A stretch of 63,655 bases of DNA, counting the filler, from Reticulomyxa filosa (lineage: Eukaryota > Protista > Foraminifera): NCBI GenBank assembly GCA_000512085.1. It is 21 parts of 21 records of this genome, joined end to end, with 100 filler letters (N's around TTAATTAATTAA, not from the genome) between each part and the next. Parts side by side here need not be neighbours in the genome. Positions count along the whole stretch, not along the records: positions 23,440 to 32,173 come from ASPP01036744.1; positions 32,274 to 33,812 come from ASPP01027825.1; positions 33,913 to 40,912 come from ASPP01020246.1; 18 more parts are not named here. One strand, given 5' to 3'. The notes beneath the pieces are model-generated. The model did not search any database, was not told the origin of the DNA, and saw only the letters and a list, made by a program, of their open reading frames with translations. Below, in pieces: positions 26,401 through 40,435 of this stretch. The number at the start of each line of letters is the position of its first letter. Position 1 is the stretch's first letter. The translations under genes and the position numbers were made by a program.

Positions 26401-29400
26401 CATTGATTATCAATGGCTTCGAATTTATCAATACCCCTGGAAAATTCAATTATTCTTTCCATTTCCAACTCCTGACGTCCTCCCAATCCAAAGTATTCCA
26501 ATCTCTTCTTTGCAATACTTTTGCATTTATCAAATTTCGGAATCAAATCATTTTTCACCTTTTTTTTTGTTTAATTTAATTATTTGTTTATTTTATCTGT
26601 TTATTTGTTTTTTGTTTTTTTTTGCTAAACTCTTTCTTTAAGAATTTCGAAATCAATAATTTTCATAAGTTCAGTAACAAGTTGTTCTCGATTGATAGCG
26701 ATGTCAAAATCTTGTCCCAAAAGCAATTCACCCAACGCTCTTGCACTTTTTTTCAATGATGCAATTAATTTCTGTCCATCAATGGCTTGGGTTCGAATAC
26801 GATCCAACACGATTTTGAATACATCAGGACCCATTGCTGTCATTTGCTTTTGTCGTCGTTTGAGCAGTTCTTCAATGTCTTCTCGAGTCATTACACTGAT
26901 GCCTTTTTGTGAAGTCAGCACTTCGTTGTCAGTTCCACCAGCATCTCCAGTAATGAACATGAGCAATCGATCTGTCAATTGTTCAAACTCTTCTTGGCTC
27001 ATTCGTTTCATCTGTTTTTTTGGCTCTTTTTGCATTCCCGACTTTTCTTCTGTCTCTTTGCTCGTTTCCTCTGTCAAATATTCAATTTCCATGTACTTTT
27101 CTTTGTCTAGTTGCTTTTCATCTTCAAAATGCACATTCCGAATTTTTTTAAGCATTTCCTTGTCTTTTTGATGCATCCATCCCTTTTTTTTTTTTTTAAG
27201 ACCAAAATATAAATTTTTTTTTAGAGGCTCTTTTTTTTTTCTCCCCAGGAATACCAAAAAAAAAAAACAAACTTGTGGATCAATAGCATCTTGAACAATA
27301 GAGTCCCATGCCGAACGTATAATCTTGAAACACTCGAGTTTTTCCGAGTTCATTTCATTTTGTGCAAAATGTAACAATCGGTTATACATAGCAGACATGT
27401 TGTTAAAATTAGAAGTCAAAAAATTGATGAGGTATTTTCGCACTTCCATCAAACTGGTTCCTCGCGCTTGCTGCACAGAGTCATTTTCGGCAAAGTTTTG
27501 CATGTGATCTTCAAACACTTGATTATTTCGAAATGTGTCAAAGCACTCTTTCATAATCTTGTTGCTGCTTGCTATTATTCGTAGCCACTCCATACCATCA
27601 CTCGGTACCTTTGGCAAGTGTTGTCTGTTTTTATTCATCAAACGATGGCTCGTATTGCAAATATAGCTTATACATGCATTTATGTTATATATATATGGAT
27701 TTATATGCAAAACTGATTTTGTTCCCAGAATTGAACGATGGCTTTCATAGGTTCGTTGTCAAAAGATTTCAAAAAGCCCTTGTTGGTTTGCCAATCCTTG
27801 TCTTCCCATCCAATTTTTGCGTTATCTTTGTACAGTCGACACAGACTCAATGTGGCGTCTCTCAGCAATTTTAAGGCATCACAGCTGTCGAAACAGTCAA
27901 ATACTTGCTTTAGACATTTAGCCAGCTTTTGATAACTGGTAATCTTGTGTCGGAAATACTCGAAATTTTTCAAAAGTATTTTATATCCAACGAATTTGAC
28001 CCATCCTTCCATTTCCTTCGATATGCCGCAATCCTCGACAATGTCTCCCCATGGAATATCGCTACATTTTTTCGGAATGTCTTTGGTGCTTTCCGCCATT
28101 TGTGTGAGGACTCGTTTAATTTCGGTAATCAACTTTTGTGGAGACAAAAATCCAGAGCCATCTAGCAATTGAGGCATCGAAAACTCCATCGTGGTAAGAA
28201 CCAATTGCAACGCTCGCAATTCATTGGATGAAGGATCGATCTGTTTGGGTATATAAATAGGTAGACTCTCCAATTCCTTTTCCTCTGCAGCAGACAAGTA
28301 CAATTTTTTCTGATCAGTGGTATGGGGCTCATACATCCATCGAATTTGCTGAAAGATTTCTTGTTCTGATTTGGTTTTTAATAGACCAAAGTCATTCGAA
28401 ATCCGCAAGCCTGTCATTGTTTGTTCACTCAACTCTTTCTTTGTCATTTCCCATTTCAACTTCAAGTCTTTCAATATCTCTTTAATCGTCGCTGAACGGA
28501 ATTGTCTCTGTGTGGGAGGATACTTGCGCAATAGCTCCTTTGCTTTTTCTTTCTTGGTTTGAATGGCGAGCCAAAGTCGTGATGTCACTGTTTTCTCATC
28601 GTTGCTAATCGAGTCAGTTCGTTTGTTTGGAAACAATACCGTCAATAGCTTCTGTTCGTTCCACTCATCCATCTCCACTTTTGTACCGTCGATGTCATTC
28701 TCAAAAAAGCGATGCACGTACTTTTCCAAGTCAAAGTTGGCTATATCTTTCAGCAACTCTGCCTCATTTTCACGTATCCACTCACAGAGTCGGTACGTAT
28801 CATATTGAGAAAGTGGAGCCTTTTTAACATTTTTTTAAAAAAAAAGAGAATGAGACATATTATTAGACACATACACATATACTCTATAGATATACGTACA
28901 ATGCTCCACATGTTGATTTTTTCTGTGACTATAGCCTTCCACATGGATAAAGCGATATCAGAGACTTGAATTTTGTCAAAGGCTTCGAAAATGTTTTTGC
29001 AAGTTTGAAACATGGTCCACTCAAATGTAAGAGCTTGTTGCAATGTGATATGTTGCCAATCGTGAGTAGTTGTCATTTGCAAGCTCAATTCGTGCAACTT
29101 TTGCAACTCATTGCCAAACCACATGATTCCAATACCACTACGTTTAAAAAATGTTTCCAAGAGTTCACGATTGGTTTTGACTTGCTCGTATTTCTTGGCC
29201 AAATCCCTCACTGTGTTGATATCAATTGTAGCGTTACGAATGGCCATCCCTTCCCACAATTTCAATAACTTTTCTAATCTGGCATTGGTTAGCAACATGT
29301 CCATGGTGGCCACACTTACATTGGATGTCGCGACATTCTCACATAGTTTTTCAAACCAATGACAAAAGTAGTCAAATACGCTCACTTTTATTTTTTGACT

Positions 29401-32173
29401 GATTTGCTGCAAAAAACTGTTTTAAAAAAAAAAAATATATATATATATGTACATATATTTGTATATGTTAAAATAGTTAATTGATAGATGATAATAATAA
29501 AGTTAACTGAAATAATTCCAAACCTTCCTCAGATGACACAAAGCTCATAATTTCGTTGGAGTCTCTTTGATGGAATGCATTGAAATCATCCAATAATTGC
29601 TCTATATATTTATTGGCGAGTTTGTGCTGAGACTCGACATCGAGCCATATTCGCACTGTCTTGATGCATTCACTGCGTTCTGCTGCATCCAATCCTGTTG
29701 TCTCTTTTTCTCGGCAATACTTTGCCGTCCATTTTTGCGTTATCGATCGGATTATTTGTTCTTTCACTGATGTATTTAAGAACAAAAATCAACGTATGTA
29801 TAAACATGTAGATGATAAATGGAAATAAAAAGAGTAACATGTCATAGGCATGGATGGAATGGACAGTATGTGCAATTTGTCTGTAAATGAGACTTGCCAT
29901 TGCTTAAACAACTTCTCAGTGCTTATCCGGCCACAAATCGACACAAACGTATCCCAATCCAAATCGTTGTCGACAATACGCTTTACACACTCGGAGAAAC
30001 CGTTTTCAAGTCGTAGCCAACTTGAAAATAAGGCACTCCAATATTCTTGTTTTGTTTCTAGAGATGATTCACTCTAATACCCAAAACAAGCGCAAAATGA
30101 AAAATGGCGATAAAAAAATAACAACATGTAACAGACCTTGATGGCATGAATGAAGAAAGGCAAAAATTGGATGTCATTTACGAAAAGTGGATTCTTCGAC
30201 ATTTTGTATATATTATTGTTGGAAAAGGAAGGCATAATTTGTGAGAGTTTGAAGAGGAGATCAGAGTCCTTTGTACTGTTTGCATTGTCGATTATTCTGA
30301 TTATAATGTATTCATTGAGAAATTTGGCCATTTTCTCACTTGATTTCGGATCGTCTTTTGTCCATTCCAGAAGCTGTGTGACTAATGCAAGTTTGGACTC
30401 GTCGTCGAGCTGTCGGGATAATAATAGAAATTCAACCCTAAACTTTTCAAACAGAGCCACTGCTTTTTCTGAGAAATTCGACATATACTTTTTCATCATT
30501 TGGAACACTATTTTTGTGTGTATGTTTGGAATGAATGCATATCTAAGCGCAATGCAGATGCAATTGGAAAAAAAAGTATATATGTACATATATATGTATA
30601 TTATATGTATATACACAAAACATTCAACGAGCCGAGCTAGCGCAACGCTGCGGTTGTCTAATATTTGTGACAAATACAACTCCTCTGCTGGCAGTGGTCT
30701 GTTGAGAGCCGCAACAAACTGTAGCTCCATTTCCGCAAATTCAAATATGCGATCTCTTTTGACTAGCGATTTCATTTGCGATCGCATTTGTGCTACATGG
30801 TCATTCATCTTGGGATGTGCGATTGGTATACTGAACAAATTATACCATAGCAAATGCCGATATTTTTCCACTTCATCTGCAGGTTGGATCATCTTTCCAT
30901 AGATCATTTCTTGAAGTATTCGCAATTGCTTTTGTGTCATCATCGCTTGTAACTTTGTTGCGATTGACTTATTATTATTATTATTATTATTTGTTGTTGT
31001 TACAAAATCAAACAATTGAATTTTGAGCAAGGGAGGAGGGGAAAATATATATATCTAACCATTGGATCTCCCAACCGTGGATTGCAAATGTTTTTATAAA
31101 GATGACAAGATTGTTCCAGTTTGATGTTTCCATTGCAATAACATAAAGCCGAATAGAAACTAAAGAAGCCACGAATCATCTATTGTGGGGGGGAAAAACA
31201 CATTATCACAAATATATACATATATCAAATGGTGGATATTTTGTTGTTTTTTTTTAATAATAATGATAATAATAAAGTGATAAACTTGCCCCCATTCCAG
31301 TTCCTTATCTTGTGTAATTTTGATAAGAATATCTCTTGTCAATGATAATAATGTGTTTATCATTGACCCGTATTGAATCGTCTTGGAATGTTCTTCCCTC
31401 GGATCACTGCAATGGCGAAGAAATTCGGATATCACATTTAGAGCCACTGACACTGGAATAGTTTCATTCATACTCCAATTCAAATGTTCAAAGATAGCCC
31501 AAAAATATATTTCATATTGTTGAGTAATAGTCAAATTTGAAAGCTTTTTCCTTTCGGGGATATGTATAACTGTCACTTGCGATCGGAATGTGCACATTCT
31601 CTTGTCAATTATTGATGCGACCTGAGTGTTGTCTGCTTTTGTTTCCGTCATTTTAATATAAAAAGATATTGCTTCCATTTGAGACACTTGCTCATCCATA
31701 TCCCAAATGCACCAATACACGTTGCCACCAGAATGCAATTGTTTAAATGGTAGGTCTTTCTTTTTTGTTTCTATTTTATTAATTTTTTTTTCCAAATTTT
31801 TTTGGTTCAAAGAACAAATAAATAAACAAACAAAAGACCTTTGATATCCGGTTGCAAAAAAAATCCTCTTCGTTGTGGTTGTTTATTGGTAAGCAAGAAG
31901 ATATAATGCAAACGCTTTGATTCATTGGAAATGATCATTTCGGCAGGGACCTTCATATCTTGTGTCGACAAAGATTTGTAGGTGTTTTCGTTGAACTCAC
32001 AGATAGTTTGTATTCGCAAGGAGTAGCCATTAGACGTTGGAGTCAATGGCACCCACACACTGTGACAAGTTAGCAATTTTTCAGAGGCTTTGAGATAGTT
32101 ATCACTAAACTCAATTTCGTATCCAACTATTCCAATGCCTTGATAGGGCGAACTCCAACACATATATTTCGAT
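23478..32173 (-). CDS. RNF213/mysterin-like large AAA+ ATPase, partial and multi-exon
   Basis: PVLIMGETGCGKT (Walker A), VHGG, IFLDEINT (Walker B), IIAALNPFR and LVYRVFPLPKSL..YVWNFGSL are typical of the RNF213 AAA module. An upstream degenerate AAA unit reads VGKSY. The long helical N-terminal region starts with an FN3-like WSSP..IVGYEIE segment. There is a 1-nt frameshift near 24335. Confidence 0.8.
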
Positions 32174-33654
32174 NNNNNNNNNNNNNNNNNNNNNNNNNNN
32201 NNNNNNNNNNNNNNNNNTTAATTAATTAANNNNNNNNNNNNNNNNNNNNNNNNNNNNNNNNNNNNNNNNNNNNAATCCACGTCTTTTACATGTTATATTC
32301 ATTTCCACCTTCTTAATCGCTTAGCGATTGCTGAAAAGATAATAAATAAATTGATGCAATATTATAAATATATATTTGTACTTGAATACAAACATACACA
32401 ATTTGTGGACATAAAATAGTTCGTGAATTTCAAACAATTTCCATATAACTCCAGACTTTGCTTGACATCGTCAAAGGTTATATTTGCGAAATGTCTATAG
32501 CAGCCCCGCTTAGATTATCTTCACTGTAAGCAATGATTTGTCTCAGCAAAGTCATATTGTCATTTTCATGCTGTTCAAATCAGCTTTGCGCTTTTACTGT
32601 CGTATTGCTAATTGGCATCAATGCTTGAGCTACTTTTTCAGTTACGTGCTTACTTCGACAATTGCAAATCGATTAGTCAATTGCACATTGGTGATGTTGT
32701 TTGATGCAATTCCAAAGTGTAATAGATTTCGAAACCAGTCAATACCAAAGCAAAATTGTCAATTGAATTTATTCCGGTGATAAGATTTTGATTTTGTTAT
32801 AGAATTTCTGCGATACATCGTCGTGGATGTCTTTCTATTGGTCGCCGAATAATTGTCGAATATTACTGTTATGACTGCAAAAATGGAATCAAACAAAATG
32901 CATACAATACATACCATATATATGTGTATTAAGATATATGTATATGTATTTTTTTAATTATATACATTTACAATGTTCGTTACAATATCTTTGTCTATTC
33001 CTCTCCTCATTTTACTCTTCATTTAACTAGTATTTGCTGCCAATTCAAATCGTTCACACATTTTATCCATTGCCTTTGATTCCGCTTTTTGGTTTGCAAC
33101 TGTTTGTTGTCGGAGTGAATTATGTAAACACCATCATTTCTTCTATAAAGACAGTATATACAGATGTATACATATGTATATGCATATCATCTCTTATGTA
33201 TTGAGAGTCAGATAAAGTCCGTTAGAACTACATCTTTTGTGGGGTTCTCTCCTAACAGTACCTCTATATTCGATCGACAACAGATAAACAACTGAAACAG
33301 CATGTGCTGGCTTTGGCTTTTTTTTCTCACTGCTTCCGCTTTCGTCATACTGTGCCTTCACCTCGACGTTCTCTTCTACACGCTTCAGCTTTGAGCTTTT
33401 CAGCTTCTATGAGACTTGTGATGGCCAAAAGGGGTTGATCTGCCACTACCATGTGAAGTTTTCGGCAGGGGAGCGTGCTTTTCAGTCATTATCTTCAAAT
33501 TTAAAAGAGGGAGTTTCAACTTACCAAGTTTCAAACAAAACCAAAACGTTTTTATAATTTGTCAATTTTTTTTTTCTTAAGCACAGGCTATCAAGATATT
33601 CTTTTTTAAATAACTTCGACTTGTATAATCACTTGCCCGCAGAGAAAAAAAAGA

Positions 33655-33812
33655 TGAATTAAAGTCACAAAATGATGTGGAAGAAAATCAATTGAAAATA
33701 GTGACAAAACTACTTCGCGAACAGCTGGAAATAAAAGATCGTAAATGGTACCTAAAAACATACAAAACCTGTTTTGTGGGGAGTGAAGCAGTGTCACTGA
33801 CCGTATGCTCAG
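33655..33812 (+). CDS. DEP-domain fragment
   Basis: LEIKDRKWYLKTYKTCFVGSEAV matches the DEP consensus ikDRxxxlxxYxxCFxGsE. Truncated by the contig end. Confidence 0.7.
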
Positions 33813-33912
33813 NNNNNNNNNNNNNNNNNNNNNNNNNNNNNNNNNNNNNNNNNNNNTTAATTAATTAANNNNNNNNNNNNNNNNNNNNNNNNNNNNNNNN
33901 NNNNNNNNNNNN

Positions 33913-34444
33913 GCTGCGAAAATAAGATCTCACTTTGAGACGAGATAGAAGCATGATGTTGACAAGAGTCCATCAGATAAGACTGAAATTGTTGTGTGGT
34001 AAGTTTGTTGGTGCCTCCACAACTTCGATGTGTCGGCGGCAATGGGGCTGGTGTGATAACTTGCAAAGTGTTTTTGTTTGCAAATTTGCTGGTTCGATCA
34101 ACATCCGAAATGGCACATGTGTTGCCATTATTGTCAATACAAGAGATCCTGAAGTCGGACTGTACAAAGGGATGGTCTGCTACTGAACTCGATTGTGTTT
34201 GGACAGGTTGTGAAGTAAATGAGGGATGCATATTTTTGGCGGGATTGGACTCAAATTGAATTGTTCCATTGTTTGACCAATGAGTAAAAGTTGGTTCAAA
34301 TTTTAATAAAGTTCGATTTGCTGTAACACTATTGCCTGACACAATACTGCATCCTGCACTTGCAGATCGTGAGCGGTGGGGTGTAGAGACTTTTGTTGCC
34401 ATAACATCATTGTTTTGGCTGTTGATGCGATTGTGACTTGTCAC
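33913..34444 (-). CDS. Hypothetical Ser/Thr-rich protein, 5' part
   Basis: Open frame of about 177 codons running into the contig end. Confidence 0.4.
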
Positions 34445-35866
34445 GTGTTCAATTTGATCTGCAAACTGTTTGGGCGTGGTCCAATTCTCTTGGACTTTTT
34501 AAAACAAATTGTGTCCTGTTTTCTTCAAAGCACAAAACAAACCTTAGATAAAAAAGGCGTTGCCATCCGCGTTTTTTCTGCTTGCTTAAAAATTGTTTTT
34601 CCGCTGGAGCTTTGACCATTTATGAATCCATTGTACAGTCATCTTTTTCCCATTCTCAAGAAAACGCAAAATTACACTCAGAATTGTGAGAACATTGACA
34701 CAACTCAAATTCTACATTACTTATTATTTCTATGCACCTTTAAATGAGTTGCTTTATTTCTTTAAGGACCAGTTGATTTTACTTTGACGAACCATTTGAA
34801 AACTGCAAACTATTGCTAATCCTCTTTTTTAAATCATAAAAGTGTATTCTTTTAGAAACTGCTTTAAAGGAAGGAGTCTTTTTAAAAAAAAATTTGCCCA
34901 TCTCTATCGAAAGCGTTTATTATACAATGAACGCAGGATTTTTGTTATCAGCATCCGAACAAAAGGAAAAAGCAAAACGCTGTTCTTTACTAAGGAGAAC
35001 ACAATAATTCAATATTATATTGGAGTAAACGACGTTTTTGGAAACAAACCTTACCACTATGTTCCTTCGAACATTTTGCGATATCCGTTTCTCCAAAATC
35101 AAAGGGTCTCTCCAAATTATTATTATGACTTTTGGCAGCAGATCTTGCGCTTCTTGGTGTTGTATTCAAAGTTTGTCAGTAAAAAGAAAGAGTGGTCTGC
35201 CAGAACACTTAAAAATTAGTGCCCCTCCGACAATGCTTTTTTGTGTTTTTTTAGCACGTCTTATTTTATTCGTTAATGCATTACCAAATCTTCCTTTCCA
35301 CCGACATCTCTTTAAGCAAAAAAGATACAAGAAAAAAAGTAATATGATAGTTTGTAACATTTCGAAATCAATATACGTACCACAATAATTGGCCTATGAT
35401 GTGCTGAGAGCTTTTTCATAAATGTTTGAAGAACAAGTAGTAGCACGGACTGTCAATTTACAAAAGAACTAAAAAGAGTGCAACATGATTCGCACAGGAC
35501 ACTGAAATGATAACATCATTCCAAAAAGATCTTAGTTTAACAAAAAGACATAAACAACCAAAAAGATTTGGCTTTATTGAATTATGCCATTGCATAGTTT
35601 TGCTTTTTAAGCAAACGCTAGCCTTCGGAATGTTTTTACGTAAGATCGCTGTAATTGAAAGGAAAGCTACATGAACACACAATAGTTGTCATTTGGGGAA
35701 AAAAACTCTTATATCGATCTTTTAACACTTAGTAGATATTGGTTGAAATGAAATTTTACACCTTTTCTTCAACAGAACCGCAAACAATGAAAAAAATAAA
35801 ACCAAAAACTTTTTTGCGCTCATATGTGTTTAGGGGAAAAGCTTTATTAGTAGGTAGAAAGGGTTA

Positions 35867-36310
35867 TTAAATCCCTTCCATTTCCATCGGTTGGCCATCA
35901 TAACCGTATCCCTCACCTTCCCGTTCAGACTCGCTCGTTGATCTCAACGGGTTTGGTTTTTCTTCTTTTTTGTTGCCAGCACCTTTTGCTTGCTTTGCTT
36001 TCTTTTTCTTGCATTCTGACCACAGTGCAACGCAAAGACATGATACCAACACGACAATCGTTAATGCTGTGAAAAATATTATAATCATCTCGATCGTGAT
36101 TTCACCGTTTTGACTGCTTTGTGTGTCGGAGTAATAGCAAGGACAGGCATAATTGCATTCAAGTGTCGCTCCTACACACTGCGCGTTACAAGCGTTACTA
36201 TAAGTCACGCCGTTAATTCCACACACTGGTTCATAACTTTCTTCGCAAACGCAGTCAATAGGAACATCAGTTGTGGTTGTAGCTGTATCTGGTCTACGAA
36301 AAAAGAACAT
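35867..36310 (-). CDS. Kazal-domain single-pass membrane protein
   Basis: CVCEESYEPVCGINGVTYSNACNAQC (Kazal), then a hydrophobic helix and a basic stop-transfer segment KKKKAK. The 5' end is uncertain. Confidence 0.85.
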   Translation of the reverse strand: MFFFRRPDTATTTTDVPIDCVCEESYEPVCGINGVTYSNACNAQCVGATLECNYACPCYYSDTQSSQNGEITIEMIIIFFTALTIVVLVSCLCVALWSECKKKKAKQAKGAGNKKEEKPNPLRSTSESEREGEGYGYDGQPMEMEGI

Positions 36311-36774
36311 TGTAAAAAGATCAACTGTATTATTATTGTTCAACAAACCTTTTAGGTACACCAAAAAAGCAGTGACCGTCGGAATCTAGGCTCATTTCAT
36401 ACGATAAGAATTCTATACCATGCCATTGAATATAAAGTCGTGGAAATAATAAATGTGAAGTATTTTAATTTGTGTGAGTTTGAAAAATTGAGAGATGAAG
36501 AAAACAAAAATAAACAATTTTTTTAAGATAGTCAGAGGCTATTTTCATATATAGCTCTTTCAAAAAAGTGATTGATTCAGTGTAAAGCTTCAAAAAACAG
36601 AAAAAAAAGTTTGATAAGCGAAGCTCGACCAACAAGCAAAGATACTGTTTTGATGCATTGGAAAGTAAAGTAGTTTGGTTGCGAAACCAATTGTATTAAC
36701 ATTACTCCAACAACATGTTCGATAAGATCCGCTTCATTCAGAAAGGCTAAGAGAAGAAAAAAAGATGATCTTGG

Positions 36775-38471
36775 CTACTTTGATTTGTTGGTAGATTTGG
36801 AAGGAGTGGTGGATTTGGTTGGAGGAGCAGCGTTTGAGCTGGGATTGGTAGTATCCGCAGGTTTGGATTGAGATTGAGGCTTTACTTTAATGTCGTATCT
36901 CGAACATATATGATCGATAATAGCAGTGGGCATTTGCAAGCCCATGTCTTCAGCAGATTCATCCCAACCGGGCGAGCTGTTGACTTCACCGACTCGCCAG
37001 CTGCACTTTCCAGTGACAGGATCCCTATGATCCAGTAACAAATCGACACCTGCAAAGTCCAAGCCCAACACATGTGTCGCGCGAATGGCTAATTGTTTCA
37101 TGTCATCGTCCAATTGCACGGAGTTTGCCTTTCCTCCAGCGGCAACGTTGGACCGAAAGTCGGGGTTGTTATTGATCCGTCGGACTGCGCCGACGACTTT
37201 GTCACCGACCACCCATACCCGCACATCCATCCCAAAGCTTTCGTTCATGCACTCTTGCAGGATGACTTCACTATTTGGTTGCAAATATTCGCATATACGC
37301 AGCAATTGTTCCAGCTCTTGTTTGTCTCGTGCCAAAAATACTCCGCGACCGCAGCTCGAATTCTTCCAACAAACAAACAAACAAGGTATGTGCGAAAATA
37401 AAAAGGATGATTCGAATATGCAATAACTTGTAATTTCAGCACCATTGGCAATTTCGTGTTGTGTTTTTGTAAAAGGTCGTCTGCTGTAAGTTTTTCATTT
37501 TTCGGCGATTTGCTATGAGCACTGTGATCCTTTTTTTTTTTTAATGTATCGATTTGAAAAAATTTAGGAACAATTAAAAAAAAAAAAAAGAATAGCCTTT
37601 GACACTTTGGAGAGCTTCAAAACTCAAAGTCCAAGCAAAAGGTGTTTGGGACGGGTACATGATTTTCGGCAAGTAAGATATACGTAAGCATCTTGTTGGC
37701 GGCATAGGCGATGGAAATGGAGGAGTTGCACACGGGCACACCCAAGCTCTCCAAGAATTGAAACAGGGAATATTCCCGGAATTCGGAACTGCTTCCTGTT
37801 CGCGCGATGACAAAGCGTGGCAGTTTGACGTCTCGATCGGTGTCCACTGTCGTCGCCACTCCTGTTTCCGAGTAATCTTTTTTTGCGTTTCGATAGATTG
37901 TGTCTCGCTTTTCATTCGCTCGTGCCTTATCTTTTGCAAATCGCGTCGCTTTTATTTGCGTTTGTTCGAGTCGACTTTCGCGTGTCCCCGTCGCTCCCAA
38001 CTGGTTGTTTGCGATCATGATCTCGACGTCCAAAGCGCTCAACAGCTTCGGTTCGAAGCCCTTCTCTTTCAATGCCTCACATATCGCTTGCAAACGGTAG
38101 TTTATCACACGCATTGGCTTTTTCAAATCATTGCCTGTGTTTGTTATCACCCACACCACATTGTTGCTTTCGTCGTGTGCCGATGTCGCCAATTCTGGAG
38201 AGATCGATAGGTATGGACTGTCATTCTCCTCTTTTCCGTGCACTCCACGCCAACTGAATTCGTGCTGATTGTACACATTCTTATTCAATTTTGCACCCTC
38301 ATTTGAGGCCGATTGCTCTTCGCTTTTTATTTCCTCTTTTTTTGCTTTTTGCTCATTCCCACTGTTTTGTGCAACTAATCCCGTGCCCACTGTCAAAGAT
38401 ATCACTGAAAGGTATGGGGAAGATCGCCATTTATTGAAAAATCTTTTAAAAGTAGGGGAACTGAAGCGCAT
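36775..38471 (-). CDS. RimK-family ATP-grasp glutamate ligase with possible mitochondrial presequence
   Basis: VIARTG, LESLGVPVCNS..AANKMLT..LAENHVPVPNT, LPMVLK..SSCGRGVFL, ILQE, GMDVRVWVVG, FRSNVAAGG, LGLDFAGVDLL, EVNSSPG. Two introns; the first donor near 37600-37625 is ambiguous. Confidence 0.88.
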
Positions 38472-38940
38472 ATTTGTATATTTTCTCCAATATATAAATA
38501 AAATATTTTGTAAAGCCCCTTCAAAGAACTAAGAAAATAACAGTTTTTATGCACTGTTCAAAGGAAATCAAATAAGCAACTCAGTAGTACTAGCTTGCCT
38601 GAACATAATTTATCCAAGATATAACTGCGTCATTTGTATCACATACGAATAAGTGATTCAGTGTTTAATTACATTCACGTAATTTGAATTGCAAGACCTG
38701 GCGAAATATATTTCATTTATCACTTCTTAAATTACAGTTCAATTTTTTGCTTTGAATCTTTTAACTTGACTAATAAGCATATCGATGTGATAGAAAAATC
38801 GTCAGGATCAATATCAAATTTGTATTATATACTATCCAATTACTGTACAATTGAAATAGATAAAAACGCATATGGAGAATAATTTGCACATTTTAAATTC
38901 AAAGCTATACAATACTACATTAGATAAAGATGGTTTTTTT

Positions 38941-39018
38941 TAGATGGTTGCAGCGGGAGAGTGTTAAGCGTCGGACTACTTATCGCTTCATCATAAACTC
39001 GCACTGCCACTATCTACA
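38941..39018. ncRNA. Candidate small structured RNA (imperfect hairpin)
   Basis: GC-rich island with nested pairings tagatggt/actatcta, gcag/ctgc and aagcg/cgctt. Confidence 0.35.
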
Positions 39019-40251
39019 TGCACAAAATCAGGTCTTTCTAGTTAAAAAAGCACTTCATTCGACATGTAATAAAAAAGAAGCACAAAAACAAAAGAAAAAC
39101 GTATGATCTTAAAATGACCAAAAGGTATACGCAAAAATAATTAAAAAAAAAACAAATATCAATTTAAATTGAAATTTTTCTTTATTGTCTTGAAGAGACT
39201 TGAAACTGTTCATTTTACTCTTGGCATTGATCACGACATTATTATTCTTCACACTAAATACAGTCAGGGGAATAATCTCGGATATTATACAAATAATTAT
39301 TCAATCAAAATTTGCCAGCAATCGACAAACAGATGATCTTGCGCTAGATAAATATTAATGAATACAATACAATATTATCAAATGGCTGTGAATCTATAAG
39401 GTTAGACAGCATTATATGTATTGGAATAAATTCATTCACAAATCAAATATATATTCTATTGCTTTGTAAAAGGGATTCAATAGATGATTATTCAAGAACG
39501 AAGCTGATATATGTTGTTGGATTAATTTTAGCTACAATTGCTTTGCTTTCTTGCGAGTATTATTTGCAACAAGATACACTTTATCATTTACAGTGATAAC
39601 ATAATGACCTTTGATCCAATAAAATCTGGAACATTGTTATTATTAAATGGGTTCAAGATATTATATAATATTTGTGTAATACATTTGATTGAATATTACT
39701 AGATATTGTGGCAAATATGACAAGTCAAGTGTATCCAATTTCAGGATTTGGGAATGTGCTTCTATAACAAAATATCAAAGTGCAATCAAAGTTCAATGAT
39801 GACAAAATTTCATCTGATGTTGTTCATTGAAGATCGCAAATGGTGATTTATTTGAATGGCATCATTGTGATTTGTATCGGTGGAATATTTGGGATTGGAT
39901 GTGAATCTGGTTTAACTATCGGCACTCCAGCATCAGCTTTATGAATAAATCAACGGGATAATGTCGATGATTTACCAATCCATGAGATATAACTGATTTT
40001 TTTTATAGCTGGAAGAATGTAATTTGTTGAATTGACAAAAAGAAAATATTGTAAAATAAGCACCTCAACAAACTTGAACACGTTACAAAGAGTAACCAAC
40101 AAATAATATTCAAGCTTCAACATTGAAGAAATAATTTTTTCTTAAAATTTGTTTAGGTGAAGATAGAGATTACATCCTTTTATAACATTTCAAAATGACA
40201 TCAATTTAACCACCAAAACTTTATGTGATCATCACATTCGATAGATTTGCA

Positions 40252-40332
40252 TCACCTATGTGAAGCTCAGAGTGAATCCAAGGGTCCCTTTGGGACCACG
40301 CTCAGACTCTACTAGACTTCAGCAAGTGGTGA
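40252..40332. ncRNA. Long imperfect hairpin, candidate ncRNA domain
   Basis: Nested pairings tcacc/ggtga, tgaag/cttca, agagt/actct and ggtccc-ttt-gggacc. Confidence 0.5.
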
Positions 40333-40435
40333 CGTCAGATGCTTTGAAAGTTAAATATCAATCAAATTAAGATGGATAAAATTCAACACTCAAAACTATT
40401 GCAATTAAAAATAAAGCAAAACAAACAAAAATTTG

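Noticed and set aside
39240-39960. Coding-like hydrophobic stretches
   Set aside because: Stops in all frames and no recognisable family. At most an old pseudogene.
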